This document shows positions 1 through 10,269 of a DNA stretch of 64,000 bases, piece by piece. The position numbers and the translations under genes are program-made. The notes under the pieces are model-generated. The model was not told where the DNA came from. It ran no database searches and saw only the letters and a list, made by a program, of their open reading frames with translations. Position 1 is the stretch's first letter, and every line of letters starts with the position of its first letter. Source of the DNA: Basidiobolus meristosporus CBS 931.73 (Eukaryota; Fungi; Basidiobolomycota); the NCBI GenBank assembly GCA_002104905.1, contig MCFE01000459.1, positions 7,585 to 71,584 of the forward strand, read 5' to 3'.

Positions 1-1140
1 CTGTCTTGCTCTATATCAATATATCATCTAGGTAAATTATCACAAACTTGTCTAAGTACTCCTGGGAGACAGTCTGCATCAGGGTCATGAATGTTACAGG
101 GGCATTGGTGAGGCCAAAACTCATGAACAAGTACCTATAATGTCCATATCTGGTCCTGAATGCTGTCTTAGTGATGTCTTCTGGCTTCACCCTAATCTGG
201 TTGTATCCTGACATGAGGTCAATCTTGCTGAAAATAGTGGTTCCATTTAGTTTGTCCAAAAGCTCATCAATCTAAGGTATGGATTACTTAATCTTCACAT
301 TAACTAAGTTGAGGGCTCTGTAGTCTGCAAACATCCTAAGTATTCCATCCTTCTTCTTCACAAAGAGTACTGGTGCTCCCCAAGGTGACTTGCTGGGTCT
401 GATATATCCTTGCTCCAGTAACTGATCTATTTGTCTCTTTATCTCTTCCAACTCCAGTTGACTCATTCTGTAAGGTGTCTTACTCACTTGAGGGTTATCT
501 CCTGTTTCAATGGTATGATCCATGTCTCTGACTGGTGGTAGGCTTACAAGCTAATCTGGAAATACATCTGAATACTCCATCAAAAGAGTCTGGACCTTGT
601 TGGGTACTGGAGTAGAAGAATCCTCCTGAATTACTGCCATGAGGAACATCTAGGTGCCTTTTCTTAGTGCTCTAGAGAACTGTGTCTTGCTAAGGTCACT
701 TGTTTCACACACACTGGTATGGACCAAGTTAAAATCCAGTCTGGCAAATAATAGCTCATAGGTCTTGTTGCCCTCCTGGATCTGAGTAGCATGGGTTCTC
801 CAGTTGATTGATGGATTACAACAAAATAGTCAGGTTTTCCCAAGTACAAGGTCAAGCTTGCAGTTCCCAAATGTATGGGCCCGTAGATCTTCTTCATAGT
901 CATTAATCTTCATCCTTACTGGCTGAGTAATATGGTTGATTATGTGAGAGTTCCCATCAGCTGTTGAGACTAAAGCTGATTTGGTGGGTTCTGAGTTGAT
1001 TCTAGCTTTTGAAGCAAATGGTTGTGACATGTAGTCATGCAATGCTCATGAGTCAATCATGATCTTGACAGGTACTCCAATGATTACTCCAATCAAGTAT
1101 GATAGCTTTCCTGAGTTTGAGGTCATCTGGGATAGGTATT
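1..1140 (-). pseudogene. Degenerate Ty3/Gypsy family G copy (G0), protease-RT part of pol, running off the window start
   Basis: Minus-strand ORF pieces 11-259, 284-523 and 830-1042 match the G1 polyprotein ([33 protein letters not shown]); stops and frameshifts present; interrupted at 1140 by element X1. Confidence 0.95.
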
Positions 1141-2679
1141 AGACTTGTACTCTTGGTTAGTGCCACATAGTGCCAGCCTATTTATAGTGCTGGATTGATC
1201 TTGCACTATCTGGCATTATAATTTCTACCATCATGCCAGTGGTAGGTTGTAGTTACTGGTAATTTTACTCAATCTTACTTATGTTGCTCAGAGTAGTGCT
1301 TTCCTTGTTTTATTTACTCTTCATAGTGCTCCAGACACATTTCTCTCAGAGGATGTCTTCTTGTATATGTATACTGTGCATTGATAAGTATCTTTACTAT
1401 TTTACCTATTCTGCTGTTTTCACCTATATATGACTCTCCTCAGTATTTACCTGCCAATATGCTGAATCTCTTCAGATATCCAAATTTATGCTCTACCCTC
1501 ACTCTGAAATGATTAAATATCTCATTGCAGAGCTTCTGCTTCCTGCTACGCACACCATTCCTTGGCTTCCTATAAGCTGTAATACATCCTAATCTCTGAC
1601 AATCCTCTCCTATATAGGCTAAGTCTGCCATACATTTCTCCCCTCTACTGAATTCTGGATGATTTTCTACCCAGAGTGCTTTGTCATGCCTGCTTCCAGC
1701 AAATGGCCCACTAAACCAGATGATGTTACCCTCAATGTCGGACAGTGCTTGAAACTTCACACAGTGTGCATTGTACTTGCCAAAATAAAAGTGCCTCTGC
1801 CCTCTAGAAGGCCTGTTAATCCTGACTGGAAAGGTATCCAAAAGTTCCCTGTATGGAACCTGTTTCTGAACACTCCGGGATATGCAATTCTATTGGAACT
1901 TCTGAGCCTAGTATTCCAAGCCTGCTCTAAGTCATTAGACTTGTTCCATTGTACCATGCCAGGGTGTGTGGTGCAATCCGCGGTTGCAAAGAACAATCAG
2001 GTGCAATATTATAGCTACCAGAAGGCAGGATTGTTCTTGGACAATTTTGCACTATGCGGGACAAACTCGCACACAATGGCACAATCTGACACAATGAGGT
2101 TGGCACGGATGATTGCGCCAACTTGTAATGTTTGCGTCATGTGCGCAATTGGATACCGCTATAATGGCAGGTAAAATCCGGTATTTGGATATGTTTCTTT
2201 AATGTAAATGGAAATAAATGTGTATCACACTATAAACTACACTGATACTTACCATTTTGGTTACCCTCACTCCAATTGGACGGTATCTCAGTGGTTAATT
2301 GGTCCAAAAGTATCCTGAAGCTGGCAGCCCCCAATTGGCTCATTGACTACTGAAAAAGCTACCTGATTTGCCATCAAATATCCCATTTTGCCGATTGAGC
2401 AAGTAAATCCCTGATCCTAGTGATTGGACAAGGTGTCATAGCTGGCACGCAAGCAATCGTGTAGGTGCAAAACAGATCCAATAGCTGCACTAGTATTACA
2501 GATGACATATATATATGCAGGGTGTTTATTTATAGGGGTTCTGTCTCAAATGTGAGACAACCTTGATATTACTTATATCAAAAATTTGATGATCACTGAT
2601 TTGCAATGGCTTGGTTTGGCTTGCAAAAAAAAAGGGTTGTCGGGATCATTACAAATGTGAGCAATTCAAAGCAATCGCA

Positions 2680-3940
2680 TCATCTTCTCCTGGGTTTTTT
2701 TCTCACAGGGATTACTACTGAAGCATTTGGTAGTGACTCACTTTGCACATCTATACTACTTCCTGGCTGACTATCATCTTGGCTACTTGTGTATTTGTAG
2801 TCAGTATTTTGCCTCCTAGTTGATGAGTGCAATGCTGCAGCTTGGCCACGCTGAATTGCTCCAACTGAACCAACTGAACCGGCCTGTAGTGCCACGCGCT
2901 GACGCGTTCTTTTACTTGCCAAGGGCTCTGATGGTTGAGGCACTTCATGTTGGTCATCATCAGTCAGTTCACCAGAAGTAACTTGCTGATGGTCAGGCAA
3001 AACGGCACGCGCAGGCACGCCTTGACACGTTGAGATGGCCCTTGGCTAAGTTTGATGTGATGCCACATGTTGACGTGACTCGGTCCACTCCAATGGACTT
3101 GTGTCTAAATGAGCAGTTTGGCGAGTTCTTGTAGTTTTGCTCTGAAGCGCATGCATTGACCCAACACGCGTGGACTCAAAGCGCGTTGACTCAACGCAGG
3201 GTGTTCTGGTAAAGGGTGTTGGCGTGGTCAGTACTGACATGCGCCGGCACGCTGTGGTTGCAAGAGATGGTAGGGAATCCAGCAAGGCATGCTGGCACAA
3301 TCTGGACAATGTTGCTTGCGGTCTGTATTCTTCCTCCTGAAGCTCACCATCTGATTCCTCAAGGTATTCACTTACCCTCTCTGATACTTTGGAGCTGTTG
3401 CCTGGATGAGTCCTGTGTATATTGCTCTCGGAAGCCACTTAGCTCTACTAATATATCACGTAGTACATTAGTCATTTGATGCAAAAACTCATTCAAAATC
3501 TCTTTGGTTCCCAAAGTTGAGGCACAAACAGACGCGTCCAGCCCGTACTGTGCAAATTGCGCGCAAAATTGTTCCCGCGCGGCTTCTTTGTCAAATCCCC
3601 TCACTCTCAGCTCATTCTTGATTTCAATACTTGTCTTGTTATATATCTTTTTACATACATTGGCTGGCATCTTGATGTAGAACTCATGCCACAGCTTTCT
3701 ACTCAAATTCTTCCATCTTTGTTGACTCTCTGAGGTATCTAGTTCTGCTAGATTAATCAGTAGTGCCCAAATATCTGTATGAAGGCTCATCATAGACACA
3801 TGCGCCATACTAAAATCATTTGGCAAGAACTCAAACGGATCCAACATTGACTTTTCCGGTCTGGACCGCGCTTGTGAGCTGGGGGATGGGTTTTGTCTGG
3901 GTTGTACTAAAGATGAGTTGAGGCTTGGTATGGGGACCAT
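2680..3940 (-). pseudogene. X2 partner gene ORF2 (~420 aa reconstructed), putative nuclear DNA-binding accessory protein
   Basis: ORFs 3368-3940, 3046-3438 and 2680-3018 join into one frame after restoring a 2-bp deletion (CA, present in X1 at ~6551) and one CAG->TAG at 3046-3048; ends in basic RKKPRRR. Confidence 0.8.
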
Positions 3941-4257
3941 AGCAACGGATTTGGATACTTATACAGCAGTATATTGGCATCAACCTGGTCTTATATGAAA
4001 TATATACAAAAACTAAAGTGATTGTTGAATTTTTCATATATTATGCATGATGCATCTCATATCGCGTTGACATTGATCAGATCACATCAATCGCAGATTT
4101 CCTATTTGATTATAGACCTATGACTAAAGCATCAATAAAAGTACCAAGGCACTGTTTGCGGATGATTTTTGCGACATAATGATGGGATACATGGCAATTG
4201 ATGGAGATTTAACCATAATGTGTTAAAAATCAGATAAATAATGCAGATCACGCCGAA

Positions 4258-5184
4258 TTGATTCAAACCGCCTCCATACAATCATCCATCAATTTTAATC
4301 TGACTTACTCATCTGAATGGTCTTTTCTCATCAATCCCATCACTACCACTGGATTTCCTTTTGACACACTGGAGGAGATCTATACCAAGTACTGTGGACC
4401 ATCAACCCCAATCTACTCAAGGAGATCCCTTGTTAAGCTTCTCTGCTATTACAAGAACTATTGCCCTACAAGGTTTCATCCCACCATCCATGGCAACAAA
4501 AGTCCTAGAAGCTTTCATTCCCAGCTGACAGCAATGGAGAACCACCTTGCAGAGGGTATGAATGACTTAGAGCAAGCTTGGAATACTAGGTTCAGAAGCT
4601 CCAATAGACTTCCATATCCCAGAGTGTTCAGCAACAGGTTCCATATCAGGAGTATTTTGGATACCTTCCCAGTGAGGATTAACAGACCTTCTAGAGGGCA
4701 GAGGCACTTTTATTCTGGCAAGTACAAGGCACACTGTGTGAAGTTTCAAGCACTGTCTGACATTGAGGGTAACATCATCTGGTTTAGTGGGCCATTTGCT
4801 GGAAGTAGGCATGACAAAGCACTCTGGGTAGAGAATCATCCTGAATTCAGTAGAGGGGAGAAATGTATGGCAGACTTAGCCTATATAGGAGAGGATTGTC
4901 AGAGATTAGGATGTATTACAGCTTATAGGAAGCCAAGGAATGGTGTGCTTAGCAGGAAGCAGAAGCTCTACAATGAGATATTTAATCATTTCAGAGTAAG
5001 TGTAGAGCACACATTTGGATATCTGAAGAGATTCAGCATATTGGCAGGTAAATACAGAGGAAAGTCATATATAGGTGAAAACAGCAGAATAGGTAAAATA
5101 GTTAAGATACTTATTAATGCACAGTATGTTCATACAAGAAGACATCCACTGAGAGAAATGTGTCTGGAGCATTATGAAGAGTAA
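4258..5184 (+). CDS. X2 DDE transposase (DDE_Tnp_4 / IS5-Harbinger type), ~294 aa from the probable start at 4300
   Basis: Uninterrupted ORF with ILDT, GSRHD, MADLAY and SVEHTFGYLK motifs; position 4300 is CTG where sister copies have ATG (5631 minus, 18850 plus). Confidence 0.93.
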   Translation: MIQTASIQSSINFNLTYSSEWSFLINPITTTGFPFDTLEEIYTKYCGPSTPIYSRRSLVKLLCYYKNYCPTRFHPTIHGNKSPRSFHSQLTAMENHLAEGMNDLEQAWNTRFRSSNRLPYPRVFSNRFHIRSILDTFPVRINRPSRGQRHFYSGKYKAHCVKFQALSDIEGNIIWFSGPFAGSRHDKALWVENHPEFSRGEKCMADLAYIGEDCQRLGCITAYRKPRNGVLSRKQKLYNEIFNHFRVSVEHTFGYLKRFSILAGKYRGKSYIGENSRIGKIVKILINAQYVHTRRHPLREMCLEHYEE

Positions 5185-5280
5185 ATAAAGCAAGGAAAGC
5201 ACTATTCTGAGCAACATAAGTAAGATTGAGTAAAATTACCAGTAACTGTATCATACCACTGGCATCATGGTAGAAATTAT

Positions 5281-5350
5281 AGTGCCAGATAGTGCCGTAG
5301 AGTGCCAGATTGATCCAGCACTATAAATAGGCTGGCACTATGTGGCACTA
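5281..5350. repeat. Subterminal (T)AGTGCC(A)/TGGCACTA motif cluster of family X, putative transposase or partner-protein binding sites
   Basis: agtgccagat agtgccgtag agtgccagat ... ctggcacta tgtggcacta; mirrored at 1158-1215 and at 37398-37500. Confidence 0.7.
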
Positions 5351-5989
5351 TCCAACAGAACAAGTCTATTTATACCCTCTGCAAGGTGGTTCTCCAGTGC
5401 TGTCAGCTGGGAATGAAAGCTTCTAGGACTTTTACTACCATAGATGGTGGGATGAAACCTTGTAGGGCAATAGTTCTTGTAATAGCAGAGAAGCTTAACA
5501 AGGGATCTCCTTGATTAGATTGCGGAAGATGGACCACAGTACTTGGTATAGATCTCCTCTAGTGTATCAAAAGGAAATCCTGTGGTAGTGATGGGATTGA
5601 TGAGAAAACACCATTCAGATGAGTAAGTCATATGAAAATTGGAAAGGATTGGGCTGAGATGCTTTGATTTGATTTGGCGCAATCAGCTTTATTTATCTCA
5701 TTTTCCATGCATTATGATTAAATCTCAATCAATTGCCATGTATCCCATCATTATGTTGCAAAAATCATCCTCAAACAATGGCTGAGTATTTTTATTGATG
5801 TTTTACTCACAAGTCTATAATCAAATAGGAAATCTGTGATTGATGTGATCTGATTTGTGTCAAAGCAATCCAAGATGCATCATGCATAATATATGGAATA
5901 TTCAAAAATCACATTAGTTTTCATATATATTTCATATAAGACCAGTTTGATGCCTATACACCACTATACAAGTGTCCAAATCCAACACT

Positions 5990-8310
5990 ATGGTCCCTAT
6001 ACCAAGTCTCAACTCTTCTTCAGCTCAAATCAGACAAAACCCATCCCCCAGCTCACAAGCATCGTCCGTACTGGAAAAGGCAATATTGGATCCGTTCAAG
6101 TTCTTGCCAAATAATTTCAGTATGGCCCAAGTTTCTATGATGAGCCTTCATACAGATATTTGGGCACTACTCATTAATCTAGCAGAACTATATACCTTGG
6201 AGAGTTGACAGAGATGGAAGAACCTGAGTAGAAAGTTGTGACATGAGTTCTACATCAAGATGCCAGCAGATATATGTAAGAAGATATATAACAAGACAAG
6301 TATTGAAATCAAGAATGAGCTGAGAGTGAGGGGATTTGACAAGGAAGCCACACAGGAACAATTTTGCATACAATTTGCACAGTACAGACTAGACGCGTCT
6401 ATTTGTGCCTTGACTTTGGGAACCAAAGATATTTTGAATGAGTTTTTGCCTCAAATGACTAATGTATTACATGACATATTAGTAGAGCTAAGTGGCTTCC
6501 AAGAGCAATACTCACAGGACTCATCCAGGCTACAGTTGCAAAGTATTAGACAGAGGGTAAGTGAATACCTTGAGGAATCAGAAGGTGAGCTTCATGAGGA
6601 GGAATTCAGACCGCAACCAACATTGTCTAGATTGCACCAGCACACCTTGCTGGATTCCTTACCACCCCTTGCAACTTCAGCGCGCCTGCGCACATTGTAG
6701 TGGGGTGACAGTGACACCCACTGACAGATGTGCTCATTCCCATATTTACTACTTCCCTATATCTCTACTACACTTATTTTAGTTTTGTCCCATTTGTCTT
6801 ACCTGATCAGTACTATCCCATAAGCTGGTTGACTATTACACCTGCTTACTGTATTCCATAAGTTGTCCTTCACTCTATGTAAGATTACTAGCTATAAGTG
6901 CTTCTATATTAGGCAAGTATCCATACTAGTACCCATGACACATGATCAACCCCTGTCACCATCCCTACCATTTCCATACCATATATGGTATCCCTATGTT
7001 ATACAGGTTTCAGAATACTGATTCCTGATTGGTTGGATGTGCTGTGCCTCTTAGAACCTTCCAGCTTCTGCTTAGAACATTCTTTGGTCATTCTGATGTC
7101 ATTAAGATTTCTATTGATATCTAAAACCTTCTGGAACACCATGATTAGTGATCACTTAGCCAGTAAGAAAAGTATATAAAGGAGGCTATCCCTCATCAAT
7201 AAATCATTATCCCTTTGATCAATATACCAACTTGTGGATTAGTGTGATCACTGCTACCCGCTGCTACCTGAACTTCCAACCCCAGATCACAGGACACTCC
7301 CAGGAAACTGCGCTGACAGCCAACTGACCTTGGAGGCACTACTTATGAGGAATACTCAGAGTAGGTATCTGTTATTATATTTGATTCTTTCCCAATTTGT
7401 TCTTGTACAGGCAAAGGTACTTTTATGTCTTTGTAACTATTGACCACAGCTGCATTCTTATCAAGTCCCTGCTGGTGGAGTTTATAGTTGTTTTGACTTT
7501 GGAAGCTTTAGTACATTGTCATCTCAAAGGACTCTGAACCCAGCACATACTTTTGTTAAGACACCAACTAAGTTGGGGATTGTAGCTCAATAGCTTTCCC
7601 TTGACAAGCTTGTGGCTTCATTCCCCATCATATTAGATTAGAGACAGAACCCAAGTATTCCTAGCAAGCCTTTGCCAGAGATTATTGAACCCAGTGAACA
7701 CCTCTCACACAAAACACTTGAGAAGTGTTGGACGTATCTCTCCCTTGGACTTATACACCACCACAATGTCAGTCAAAACTACACCAACACCCTTCACAAG
7801 AGCGCCCTGCATTGACTCAATGTGAATTGGGTAAACACACGCACTTCAGAGCAATCCACCAGAACCTGCCAAACTGCTCAAAAAGACACAAGTCCATTGG
7901 AGCAAGCCAAATCATGTCAACAAGCGGCATCACATTGAACTCAGCCAAGGGCCAAGCCAGCACATCAAGTTGCATCTGCATGTGCCATTACACCTGACCA
8001 TCAGCAAGTTTCTACTGGTGAACTGACGGATGATGACCCACATGAAGTGCCTCCACCACCAGAGCCTTTGGCAAGTAAAAGAACATGTCAGCACATAGCA
8101 CTGCAGGCCAGCTCAGTTGCATCATCCGGAGCAATTCAGCGTGGCCAAGCTGCAGTATTGCACTCATCAACCGGGAGGCAAAATACTGTCTACAAATACA
8201 CAAGTAGCCAAGATGATAGTCAACAAGAAAGTAATTTAGGTGTGCAAAGTGAATAACTAACAAATGCTTCAGTAATAATCCCTGTGAGAAAAAAGCCTAG
8301 GAGAAGATGA
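5990..8310 (+). pseudogene. X1 ORF2, decayed and interrupted by solo LTR-C
   Basis: ORFs 5972-6208, 6260-6700 and 8047-8256 match X2 ORF2; several CpG-derived stops. Confidence 0.85.
6696..7765 (+). mobile_element. Solo LTR, family C (1070 bp), copy 1
   Basis: TGTAGTGGGG...CACCACCACA ends; collinear with 55058-56130; flanks ACAT/ATGT both derive from a 4-bp ACGT target; TATA-like AGTATATAAAGG at ~7170. Orientation inferred from that motif. Confidence 0.85.
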
Positions 8311-9056
8311 TGCAATTGCATTGAGTTGCTGTTATCTGTAATGAACCAAACAACTCATTTATTTTGCAAACCACATTGAGCCATTGCAAATCAGTGATCT
8401 CTAAATTTTTGATATAAGCAATATTAAGGTTGTCTCACACTTGAGACAGGACCGCTATGAATAGACACCCTGCATATGCATACATCATCTGTGACACCAG
8501 TGCAGCCATTTGATCTGATTTGCACCCATACAATTGGTTGTGTGCTAGCTATGACACCTGGTCCAATCACTAGGATCAGGGATTTACTTGCTTAATGGGC
8601 AAAATGGGATATTTGATGGCAAATCAGGTAACTTGTGTATTGATCAATGAGCCAATTGGGGGCTGAAAGCTTCAGGGTACTTTTGGACCAATTAACCACT
8701 GAGATACCATGCAATTGGGGTGATGGTTACCAAAATGGTAAGTATCAGTGTAGCTTATAGTGTGATATGCATTTATTTCCATTTTCATTGAAGAAACATA
8801 TCCAAATACTGGGTTTTACCTACCATAATAGCGGTATCCAATTGCAGACGTGATGCAAACAATGCAAGTGGGCACAATCTTTTGTGCATACTTCATTGTG
8901 TCAGATTGTGCTATAGTGTGCAAGATTGTCCCACATGGTGCAAAATTGTCCAAGAGCAATTCAGCCTACTGGTAGCTACAATATTGCGCCCAATTGTTCT
9001 TAAAGACCATGGATTGTGCCGTGCACCCTGGCAGAGTACAATGGAAGAGGTCTAAT

Positions 9057-10269
9057 CTTCTGTCATATGGAAGGTGAGTTCTGAGTCCTCTTCAAGTTCA
9101 TCCTCCTTGTTACTATGCTCCAGGGCCTCAATGTGGTTAAATTTTTGTGATGGCTGGTGTCCGTTTCTTCTCCAAGGGCAGTACTTTGCAATATGTCCCT
9201 GCTGGTGGCAATTGCAGCAAAGTCCTTTCTTCTTACATTCTTCTGATGAAGGTTTCTTCTGCATAGCATCTATTTCCATTGGCACTGCTTCTGATTGTCT
9301 TCTTGCATAGTGATTGCAGTCTCTCTGATTAGTCATTGAGGGCTCCCCAACTCCAAACATAGCTGAGTCATAGTCAAAGGCAATCTTGATGGCTGCTTCA
9401 ATAGTCTAAGATCCTCAATTATTCACTTCCTTACAAGTTCTTTCTTACAACCAATCAATAAAGTATTCAACTTGATCCAGAGGGTCCATTATTTCAATTT
9501 GCCCAAGTAGACATCTATATTCATAGATGTACTCTTGGACCATTCCTTACTGTCTGAGTTTCTTCAGCTTTCTTCTTAGCAGTGTCTGTAGTTGTGGGGG
9601 TCAAAGGCATCCTGAACTTCTGGCACAAACTCATCCCAGGTAGAGATTGTAGAGTATCCCATCATGGTGGCTCACCTGCACTTGTTGTGGTACCACTGAA
9701 AAGCTGCATCTGCCAGGTAAGAGGCTGCAAAATGTAACTTGCTTTCTGGAGCAATTCAGTTGGCCTTGAAAGCTTCTTGAATCTGGAAGAGCTAAGTTCC
9801 AGGTTTTCATTGACTCTATCATGGTATCAGTTGACCTTCACACTAAAGTTGCTTGTAACAGGGTTTTGCTGGCTTTGGGCCATGGAAGTCATTCCTTGTT
9901 GCTGCTGGGCCAGGAATTGTTGCATAGTATTCTTCCATTCTGAATTTTTGGACATCTTGAGGGAGGCTTCTTTTTTCTTCAGGAGGGATGTTTCTGGTTA
10001 TTGCTACTATCAATATTACAAGTCTTGGTATACAAGTTGTAGAGGAATAAGGAGTTTAGCTAGTATTGTATTCACTAAAATGGTAACTGATCTTTATTGA
10101 GGTTCCAGCAGCTCCTTATATACATTTTGCCAGATCAATTGCTGACTAATTGTATTTCCTAATGTAGGCTATGGCTGACAACTCATTTGATTGCATCATC
10201 ATCACCCAATGAGTTCCTACTTAATAAATCTACTCCTGACTGATAAGGATCTGCCGATTCATTTGCTAA
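9057..10269 (-). pseudogene. Gypsy G0 gag, PBS region and truncated 5' LTR (LTR remnant ~10014-10269)
   Basis: ORF 9052-9360 has [14 protein letters not shown]; 10014-10269 is the reverse complement of the 3' ~260 bp of the G LTR. Confidence 0.9.

Larger units (their letters stand above)
1937..5367 (+). mobile_element. PHIS/Harbinger-like (Pangu-type) DNA transposon X2, 3431 bp, complete ends
   Basis: 10-bp perfect TIR AGACTTGTTC/GAACAAGTCT; perfect ATT TSD at 1934-1936 and 5368-5370; two divergent ORFs; TAGTGCCA/TGGCACTA subterminal repeats near the right end. Confidence 0.95.
1440..5631 (-). pseudogene. X1 DDE transposase, split by X2 into 5371-5631 (N-terminal, ATG at 5631) and 1440-1936 (catalytic part)
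   Basis: ORF 1440-1841 (DTFPVRINRP..GSRHD..MADLAY..RVEHKFG) is near-identical to the X2 transposase; the pieces rejoin in frame across the ATT duplication; premature stops present. Confidence 0.9.
1141..9053 (-). mobile_element. PHIS/Harbinger-like DNA transposon X1 (older copy, ~3.4 kb after removing nested X2 and solo LTR-C), inserted in Gypsy G0
   Basis: Left end ATT|AGACTTGTAC at 1141, right end GAAGAGGTCT|AAT at 9053. Joining the flanks restores G0 (ATG ACA GAA GAA TAC CTA) with a 3-bp ATT target, one mismatch in the right copy. Internal sequence is collinear with X2 in reverse. Confidence 0.92.

Noticed and set aside
1138-1940. Canonical Harbinger TTA/TAA target duplication (TTA|GAC...GTC|TAA)
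   Set aside because: That parse does not restore the interrupted frames; AGAC..GTCT ends with ATT duplication restore both the X1 transposase and G0 exactly.
1659-2174. 171-aa plus-strand ORF as a host gene
   Set aside because: It is antisense to the X1 transposase and runs across the X2 junction; a chimeric shadow frame.
7574-7640. Functional tRNA gene in LTR-C
   Set aside because: No B-box, T-arm or anticodon arm; kept only as a low-interest hairpin note.
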